64,000 nucleotides of DNA from Bacteroidales bacterium (GTDB lineage Bacteria; Bacteroidota; Bacteroidia; Bacteroidales; UBA932), in NCBI GenBank assembly GCA_017627955.1, contig JAGAFU010000028.1:13808-77807 (forward strand), in the 5' to 3' direction. Positions 57,839 to 64,000 of this stretch are shown piece after piece. How positions within the stretch are numbered: the first letter of the stretch is position 1; the number at the start of each line of letters is the position of its first letter. The notes under the pieces are model-generated. The model did no database searches. It was not told where the DNA came from and was given only the letters and a program-made list of their open reading frames with translations. The position numbers were made by a program, and so were the translations under genes.

Positions 57839-58450
57839 ATGAAATTGGAGGACATAACGATAGAGGTGGCTTCGGAGAAACACCTTATCTATGTTGACAA
57901 GATTTTGACATCAATAGAGGAGGCCGCTCAGGTCAGAGGGACCGGAATAGCCCGTAGAAAGCCGGAGTATATCGCCCGGAAGATGCTGGAGGCTAAAGCG
58001 GTCATCGCCCTTCATGGCGAGGATTTCGCCGGATTCAGCTACATTGAGACGTGGGAGCATAAAAGCTACGTGACCACTTCCGGACTTATCGTGAGGCCCG
58101 AGTTCAGAGGGCTTGGGATAGCCAAGAAAATCAAGGACATGACCTTCTCTCTCGCCAGGACCCGTTGGCCGAAAGCCAAGATTTTCAGTCTCACGAGCGG
58201 TGCGGCTGTCATGGCTATGAACACTCGCCTGGGATACAAACCGGTCACTTTCGCGGAGCTCACTTCAGACGAGGCGTTCTGGAAGGGATGCGAGGGATGC
58301 GTCAATGTGGACGTGCTCAAGAGGACGGGCCGCAAATACTGCATCTGTACCGGTATGCTTTTCGATCCGGAGGAGCACCTTCCGGCCAAGATCCCGCAGG
58401 AAGTCCTGGACAGGATCGCCGAGCTTGACAAAGAAGAAACAAACGATTAA
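57839..58450 (+). CDS. GNAT N-acyltransferase, probable N-acyl-glutamate synthase of the Bacteroidales arg operon
   Basis: SGLIVRPEFRGLGIA acyl-CoA-binding motif; FWKGCEGC; located between argR and argG. Confidence 0.7.
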   Translation: MKLEDITIEVASEKHLIYVDKILTSIEEAAQVRGTGIARRKPEYIARKMLEAKAVIALHGEDFAGFSYIETWEHKSYVTTSGLIVRPEFRGLGIAKKIKDMTFSLARTRWPKAKIFSLTSGAAVMAMNTRLGYKPVTFAELTSDEAFWKGCEGCVNVDVLKRTGRKYCICTGMLFDPEEHLPAKIPQEVLDRIAELDKEETND

Positions 58451-58455
58451 CAAAT

Positions 58456-59676
58456 ATGGCAAAGAAAAAAGTGGTGGTCGCCTACAGTGGCGGTCTTGAT
58501 ACCTCCTTTACGGTCATGTACCTTACGAAGGAGAAAGGTTATGAGGTTTACGCTGCCTGCGCTGACACGGGTGGCTTCAGCCCCGAGCAGCTCGCGGACA
58601 ATGAGAAGCGCGCTTACGAACTTGGCGCCAAGGAATATGTCACCTTGGACGTGACTCGTGAATATTACGACAAGAGCTTGAAATACATGATCTTCGGTAA
58701 TGTTCTGAGGAATGGTACCTATCCCGTCTCCGTCTCTTCCGAGAGGATATTCCAGGCCATGGCTATTGCCCGTTACGCCAAGGAGATAGGCGCGGATGCC
58801 ATCGCCCACGGGTCTACCGGAGCAGGCAACGACCAGGTCCGTTTCGACATGACCTTCCTTGTGATGGCTCCTGGAATCGAGATCATCACCCTGACCAGGG
58901 ACATGGCCCTGACCCGCCAGTTCGAGGTCGATTACCTCAATGAGCATGGTTTCAAAGCTGATTTCAAGAAGCTGAAATATTCCTATAATGTAGGCCTCTG
59001 GGGAACTTCCATCTGTGGCGGCGAGATTCTGGACTCGAAGCAGGGACTTCCGGAAAGCGCTTATCTCAAGCAGATTACAAAGGAAGGCTCCGAAATCATC
59101 GAGATCGGTTTCGAGAAAGGCGAGATTGTCTCCGTCAACGGAGAGGAGTTCACCGACAAAGTGGCCGCGATCCAGAAGGTAGAGTCGATAGCGGCTCCCT
59201 ACGGGATTGGCAGGGATATGCACGTGGGGGACACCATCATCGGAATCAAAGGGCGCGTGGGCTTCGAGGCGGCCGCTCCGATGCTGATCATGGCGGCTCA
59301 CAAGTTCCTCGAGAAGTTCACCCTGAGCAAGTGGCAGCAGTACTGGAAAGACCAGGTGGCCAACTGGTACGGGATGTTCCTTCATGAGAGCCAGTACCTT
59401 GAGCCTGTGATGAGGGACATTGAGGCCATGTTGACCGAAAGCCAGAGGAATGTGACCGGCAAAGTCACCATGGAGCTGCGGCCGTGGTCATTCTCGACAG
59501 TTGGCGTGGACTCTCCTTGCGACCTGGTGAAGACCAAGTTCGGGGAATATGGCGAGATGCAGAAAGGCTGGACCAGTGAGGATGCCAAGGGCTTCATCAA
59601 GGTCAGCTCGACGCCTTTGAGAGTCTATTACACGGCTCATAAGGATGAGGGTGATAAACTTGAAAAGGAATTGTAG
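58456..59676 (+). CDS. argG: Argininosuccinate synthase
   Basis: AYSGGLDTS, HGSTGAGNDQVRF and KGRVGFEA motifs. Confidence 0.95.
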   Translation: MAKKKVVVAYSGGLDTSFTVMYLTKEKGYEVYAACADTGGFSPEQLADNEKRAYELGAKEYVTLDVTREYYDKSLKYMIFGNVLRNGTYPVSVSSERIFQAMAIARYAKEIGADAIAHGSTGAGNDQVRFDMTFLVMAPGIEIITLTRDMALTRQFEVDYLNEHGFKADFKKLKYSYNVGLWGTSICGGEILDSKQGLPESAYLKQITKEGSEIIEIGFEKGEIVSVNGEEFTDKVAAIQKVESIAAPYGIGRDMHVGDTIIGIKGRVGFEAAAPMLIMAAHKFLEKFTLSKWQQYWKDQVANWYGMFLHESQYLEPVMRDIEAMLTESQRNVTGKVTMELRPWSFSTVGVDSPCDLVKTKFGEYGEMQKGWTSEDAKGFIKVSSTPLRVYYTAHKDEGDKLEKEL

Positions 59677-60669
59677 ATGACTTTCGACGGAAAAATAAAA
59701 GTAGGGATCATCGGGGCCGCCGGCTACACTGCCGGTGAGCTTCTGAGGATCCTCGTGAACCATCCTTTCGCGGAGGTTGTCTTCGCTCAGAGCGGAAGCC
59801 ATGCGGGTGAGCCTGTCTGGGCCGCGCATGCGGACCTGCTCGGTGAGACGAAGTTGCGGTTTTCTCCGGTCCCTGAGCTTGTCGAAGGGCCGGCACATCC
59901 CGACGTGCTGTTCCTATGCTCCGGACACGGGAAGGCGAAGCCTTTTGTGGCGTCGTTGCCGGAGAGTTACAAGGGAGCTATCATAGATCTGGGCAATGAC
60001 TATCGCCTCGCAGCTGACGCTGAGGACTTCGTCTATGGCCTCCCCGAGGCTTTCAAGGCTAAGATCAAGAATGCCAAGCATATAGCTAATCCGGGATGCT
60101 TCGCCACCTCAATCCAGCTGGCACTGCTTCCGATGGCCTCGTTGGACAGGCTCCCCGAGATCCATGTCACTGGCATCACCGGGTCTACAGGAGCCGGGCA
60201 GGCTCCTTCGGAGACAACCCATTTCAGCTGGCGTACGGATAACCTTTCAATCTACAAGGCATTTACCCACCAGCATCTGGGAGAAGTGAACGAGACCTTG
60301 AAGACTCTCGCTCCGTCATATTCAGGTGAGATGAATTTCGTTCCGGTGCGGGGAGACTTCGCGAGGGGAATCCTTTCCTCGGTCTATTTCGACTGCGACC
60401 TTCCCGAAGAGGCCGCCGTCCAGATCTACAAAGACTATTACAAGGATGAGCCCTTTGTCCATGTGATAGACACCAATCCGGATCTGAAGATGGTCGTGAA
60501 CACCAACAAATGCGTCCTGAATGTCCGGAAACATGGGCGGAAACTGCACGTTATCAGCGTGATAGATAATTTGATCAAGGGTGCTTCCGGCCAGGCCGTA
60601 CAGAATATGAACCTGATTTTCGGTCTTCCGGAAGACACCGGACTCCACCTTAAAGCCACAAGATTCTGA
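59677..60669 (+). CDS. argC: N-acyl-gamma-glutamyl-phosphate reductase
   Basis: IIGAAGYTAGE, IANPGCFAT, GSTGAG, HQHLGE and DNLIKGASGQAVQNMN motifs. Confidence 0.95.
   Translation: MTFDGKIKVGIIGAAGYTAGELLRILVNHPFAEVVFAQSGSHAGEPVWAAHADLLGETKLRFSPVPELVEGPAHPDVLFLCSGHGKAKPFVASLPESYKGAIIDLGNDYRLAADAEDFVYGLPEAFKAKIKNAKHIANPGCFATSIQLALLPMASLDRLPEIHVTGITGSTGAGQAPSETTHFSWRTDNLSIYKAFTHQHLGEVNETLKTLAPSYSGEMNFVPVRGDFARGILSSVYFDCDLPEEAAVQIYKDYYKDEPFVHVIDTNPDLKMVVNTNKCVLNVRKHGRKLHVISVIDNLIKGASGQAVQNMNLIFGLPEDTGLHLKATRF
59866..59893 (+). repeat. Family B palindromic repeat in frame inside argC (encodes PVPELVEGP)
   Basis: CCGG-T-CCCT-GAGCTTGTCGA-AGGG-CCGG; related to the reverse complement of 7402-7426. 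Confidence 0.75.
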
Positions 60670-60671
60670 TT

Positions 60672-61907
60672 ATGGAACTTTTTGATGTATATAGTTTTTT
60701 CGATGTGACGCCGGTAAAGGCGAAAGGCACGAGGATTTGGGACGATAAGGGAACAGAGTATCTGGACCTTTATGGCGGTCACGCTGTCATTTCAGTCGGG
60801 CATTGCCATCCGAGATATGTGACCGCCGTGACTGACCAGCTCGGCAAGATCGGCTTTTATTCGAACAGTGTCCGCAATCCTCTCCAGGAGGAGCTGGCGG
60901 AAAAGCTGGGAGAGCTTTCCGGTTATCCCGATTATTCTTTGTTCCTCTGCAATTCCGGCGCTGAGGCCAACGAGAATGCCCTGAAGCTTGCCTCTTTCCA
61001 CACAGGCGAGCGCCGTGTCATCGCCTTCAAGGGCGCCTTCCACGGTCGTACCTCCGGAGCGGTCGCTGTGACAGACAACCCCAAGATAAGGGCTCCGTTC
61101 AACAGCTGGCATGAGGTCACCTTTGTCCCGATGAATGATATCGCGGCTGTCCGTGAGGAACTGTCCAAGGGGGACATCGCCGGAGTGATCATAGAAGGTA
61201 TCCAAGGAGTCGGCGGAATCATTATTCCCGATGACAATTTCATGCGGGAGCTTCGTCAGGCGACTCTGGAAGCGGGAGTACCGCTGATCCTGGACGAGGT
61301 CCAGAGCGGTTGTGGCCGTTCCGGCAAGTTTTTCGCCCACCAGTGGGCCGGGATACGTCCTGATCTCATCACGATGGCTAAAGGCATGGCCGGAGGTTTC
61401 CCGATCGGAGCCGTGCTGATCTCACCGGATTTCGAGCCTGTCAAAGGGATGCTCGGAACCACTTTCGGCGGCAATCATCTCGCCATGGCCGCGGCGATCG
61501 CGGTGGCGGACATCATCAAGGACGAGAATCTTGTCCAGAACGCCTACGAAGTCGGTGAATACCTCAAATCACGCCTGCTATCGTTGGCATCCGAAGCGCC
61601 ATCGACTCCCGGCGGCGGCAATGCGCCTGGGCGGACATTTACCCGGATAGGGCGCGAAGCGCAGGGAGCCCAGGCGCCCTTTGCCGACGACGGGAAAACG
61701 ATAGAGATAAAAGAGGTCCGGGGGCGGGGCCTGATGATCGGAGTGGAGTTTAGCGGACCGATCGCGGAGCTGAGACGGAAGCTGCTGTTTGACAAGCATA
61801 TATTCACAGGCGTGTCGGGCAAGAACATGATCCGTCTCCTCGCGCCCCTCACACTCACCAAAGACGACGTGGACATATTCATAAAAGCATTGGAGGAAGT
61901 CTTATGA
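60672..61907 (+). CDS. argD: N-acylornithine aminotransferase (class III PLP enzyme) with an in-frame insertion of about 35 aa
   Basis: NSGAEANE, FHGRT, ILDEVQSG, TMAKG and GTTFGGN motifs; extra segment before IKEVRGRGLMIG. Confidence 0.93.
   Translation: MELFDVYSFFDVTPVKAKGTRIWDDKGTEYLDLYGGHAVISVGHCHPRYVTAVTDQLGKIGFYSNSVRNPLQEELAEKLGELSGYPDYSLFLCNSGAEANENALKLASFHTGERRVIAFKGAFHGRTSGAVAVTDNPKIRAPFNSWHEVTFVPMNDIAAVREELSKGDIAGVIIEGIQGVGGIIIPDDNFMRELRQATLEAGVPLILDEVQSGCGRSGKFFAHQWAGIRPDLITMAKGMAGGFPIGAVLISPDFEPVKGMLGTTFGGNHLAMAAAIAVADIIKDENLVQNAYEVGEYLKSRLLSLASEAPSTPGGGNAPGRTFTRIGREAQGAQAPFADDGKTIEIKEVRGRGLMIGVEFSGPIAELRRKLLFDKHIFTGVSGKNMIRLLAPLTLTKDDVDIFIKALEEVL
61601..61702 (-). repeat. Family D long hairpin element inside argD (opposite orientation to the citX copy)
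   Basis: Core 61636-61668. Perfect 10-bp stem GCGCCTGGGC (61623-61632) / GCCCAGGCGC (61668-61677). Outer stem CCCGGCGGCGGCAA / TTGCCGACGACGGG. Confidence 0.9.
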
Positions 61908-62869
61908 AATCATTCTTTCATGTGAGCGACATCGGTGACCTGGCAGCTGCTCTTCAGGAAGCCAAGCAGGTCAAAGCCAATCCCTTCGCGTGGAAGGAGC
62001 TTGGCCAGGACAAGACAATCATTCTGATATTTTTCAACAGCAGCTTGAGGACCCGTCTTTCAAGCCAGAAAGCGGCCCTGAATCTTGGCATGAACCCCAT
62101 TGTGTTGAACGTCGGGGCGGACAGCTGGAAGCTTGAGACCCAGCTCGGAGTCGTGATGGACGGGGACAAGAGCGAGCATCTGCGGGAAGCGATCCCCGTG
62201 ATAGGCAGCTATTGCGACATCATCGGAGTCCGTTCGTTCGCGGGACTCTCCGATAGGGAGTTTGATTATGCGGAAACTATTTTGAGTCAGTTTATTGAAT
62301 ATTCAGGGAAACCTGTGATCTCCCTCGAATCGGCGACCGTGCATCCCTGCCAGGCATTCGCCGACCTTATCACGATCGAGGAATACAAGACGAAAGCTCG
62401 GCCTAAGGTTGTCATGACATGGGCCCCGCATCCCAGGGCTCTTCCCCAGGCCGTTCCAAACTCGTTCGCCGAGTGGATGAACGCCGCTGATGTTGACTTC
62501 GTTATCACCCATCCGGAAGGTTATGAGCTTGATCCCCGTTTCGTCGGAAACGCCAAGGTCGAGTACGACCAGATGAAAGCCCTTGAGGGAGCCGACTTTG
62601 TCTATGCGAAAAACTGGAGCTGCCCGGGCGTGACGAATCCCGCCGATTACGGGAAGATTCTCAGCAAGGACATGGGCTGGGTCGTGGATGAGCGGCACAT
62701 GGCTGTCACCAATAACGCTTATTTCATGCACTGCCTGCCCGTACGGAGGAATATGATCGTATCTGACGGAGTTATCGACTCGCCGAGGAGCATAGTTATC
62801 CCTGAGGCCGCCAACCGCGTGGTTTCGGCCCAAGTGGTCATGAAAAGGATGCTGGAGGATTTGAAATGA
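61904..62869 (+). CDS. argF: N-acylornithine carbamoyltransferase (ArgF'), probably N-succinylornithine-specific
   Basis: FNSSLRTR carbamoyl-phosphate motif, HPCQAFAD, TWAPHPRALPQAV and HCLPVRRN; Ser90 in DGDKSEH. Confidence 0.9.
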   Translation: MKSFFHVSDIGDLAAALQEAKQVKANPFAWKELGQDKTIILIFFNSSLRTRLSSQKAALNLGMNPIVLNVGADSWKLETQLGVVMDGDKSEHLREAIPVIGSYCDIIGVRSFAGLSDREFDYAETILSQFIEYSGKPVISLESATVHPCQAFADLITIEEYKTKARPKVVMTWAPHPRALPQAVPNSFAEWMNAADVDFVITHPEGYELDPRFVGNAKVEYDQMKALEGADFVYAKNWSCPGVTNPADYGKILSKDMGWVVDERHMAVTNNAYFMHCLPVRRNMIVSDGVIDSPRSIVIPEAANRVVSAQVVMKRMLEDLK

Positions 62870-63654
62870 TCAAGGAAAGTCTGAATATAATCAAAGTCGG
62901 TGGAGCGGTTGTTGAGGACGAGCTGTCTCTCTCGGGGCTCCTAATGTCTTTCTCAAGCCTCTCCGGGAAGAAGATTCTCGTCCATGGAGGCGGCAAAATC
63001 GCCACTGAAATGGCCGATAAGCTCGGTGTGGAGACCCAGATGATAGACGGAAGGAGGATCACGAGCGCTGAGATGCTCAAAGTCGTCACCATGGTTTATG
63101 GCGGGCTTGTCAACAAGAACCTGGTCGCCAGGCTCCAGGCTCTCGGGGTTAACGCCCTTGGTCTCACCGGAGCGGACATGAACGTCATCATGAGCGTCAA
63201 ACGTCCGGTCGAGCTGGTGAATTTTGGCTTTGTCGGTGATGTGAAGTATGTGAATACCAGGGCTTTGGTTTCTCTCCTTGAGGCCGGTGCCGTGCCGGTT
63301 CTGGCTCCTCTGACCCACGACAAAGAGGGTTCCATGCTGAACACCAATGCCGACACGATAGCCTCGTCTGTGGCCCGTGCCTTGGCTGAAAAATATTCAG
63401 TCACCCTGACATTCTGCTCTTCCATACCAGGAGTGCTGAGGGACCTTTCGGATCCGTCCTCTTTGATTAAGACTATCGCCAAGAAGGACTTTGAGCCCAT
63501 GGTGGCTGACGGGACCATCTCTGAGGGAATGATCCCCAAACTCCAGAACGCTTTCGACGCGATCAATGACGGAGTCTCCAAGGTGGTCATAACCTCTCCC
63601 ACAAATCTTTCAGGCGGGACGACGATCCTCGCCGACCCGGAGACCGACGACTAA
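62866..63654 (+). CDS. argB: N-acylglutamate kinase
   Basis: IKVGGA, VHGGG, DGRRIT, NTNADT and GMIPKL motifs. Confidence 0.93.
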   Translation: MIKESLNIIKVGGAVVEDELSLSGLLMSFSSLSGKKILVHGGGKIATEMADKLGVETQMIDGRRITSAEMLKVVTMVYGGLVNKNLVARLQALGVNALGLTGADMNVIMSVKRPVELVNFGFVGDVKYVNTRALVSLLEAGAVPVLAPLTHDKEGSMLNTNADTIASSVARALAEKYSVTLTFCSSIPGVLRDLSDPSSLIKTIAKKDFEPMVADGTISEGMIPKLQNAFDAINDGVSKVVITSPTNLSGGTTILADPETDD

Positions 63655-63655
63655 A

Positions 63656-63682
63656 TGTCATTCTGAACGAAGTGAAGAATCT
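63656..63682 (+). repeat. Family A repeat filling the argB-argE spacer
   Basis: TGTCATTCTGAACGAAGTGAAGAATCT, between the argB TAA (ends 63654) and the ATG at 63683. Confidence 0.9.
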
Positions 63683-64000
63683 ATGGACACCGTTGACCTC
63701 CTTCAAAACCTGATCCACATCCCTTCTTTCAGCAGGGAAGAGGGTTCCTCATGTGACTATCTTGAGAAGTGGCTCGCTGACAATGGCTTCCGGGATATTC
63801 ACAGGATCGGGAACAACCTTTGGATGGAATCCGAGGCTCCTTCCTGGAAGCCGACCATACTCCTTAACGCCCACATAGACACGGTTAAGCCAAACCATGG
63901 CTACACCCGGGACCCGTTTTCCCCGCAGATCGAAGACGGGAAACTCTATGGTCTCGGCAGCAATGATGACGGGGGATCCCTTGTCGCCTTGCTTGAGGCA
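63683..64000 (+). CDS. argE: M20 family N-acylornithine/acylcitrulline deacylase, 3' truncated by the window edge (not in the ORF track)
   Basis: My translation: MDTVDLLQNLIHIPSFSREE...LLNAHIDTVKP...EDGKLYGLGSNDDGGSLVALLEA, with M20 zinc motifs HIDTV and GSND; position in the arg operon. Confidence 0.85.
   Translation, partial: MDTVDLLQNLIHIPSFSREEGSSCDYLEKWLADNGFRDIHRIGNNLWMESEAPSWKPTILLNAHIDTVKPNHGYTRDPFSPQIEDGKLYGLGSNDDGGSLVALLEA

Overview
Chromosomal window from a Bacteroidota organism, most likely a gut or rumen Bacteroidales. This is inferred from TAnnTTTG -7 promoter elements, the Bacteroidales-type rpoZ, the clpC/gyrA divergence, the uppS-bamA-skp order and the ArgF' type. Order: phosphohexomutase (cut at the left edge), M23/LysM peptidase, citrate lyase cluster citDEFX plus a citC-citG fusion, YbhJ-family aconitase-like hydratase, icd, two tandem Ig-LRR-M64 lipoproteins, 2-hydroxyacid dehydrogenase, AI-2E transporter, an unannotated 42-aa ORF, ClpC lacking its M-domain, gyrA, TPR protein, ABC ATPase pair, tRNA-His, housekeeping and envelope genes, gdhA, DASS transporter with two DcaP-like porins, a frameshifted GH3, a CE15 esterase, a three-gene islet, guaA and an ArgR-controlled arg operon (cut at the right edge). 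The most unusual signal is a set of short palindromic repeats (my labels A-D). They sit in frame inside citX, citC-citG, argC and argD and add about 30-50 aa at most sites (only a few residues net in argC). They also occur at gene ends. Related copies keep a conserved core but have different, still complementary outer stems, and most carry a GNA-triloop mini-hairpin. This suggests a structure-recognised, non-autonomous mobile family that creates new protein segments, analogous to Rickettsia palindromic elements. No transposase, integrase, CRISPR array, rRNA or reverse transcriptase was seen. Family assignments come from motif recognition by eye; no database searches were run.
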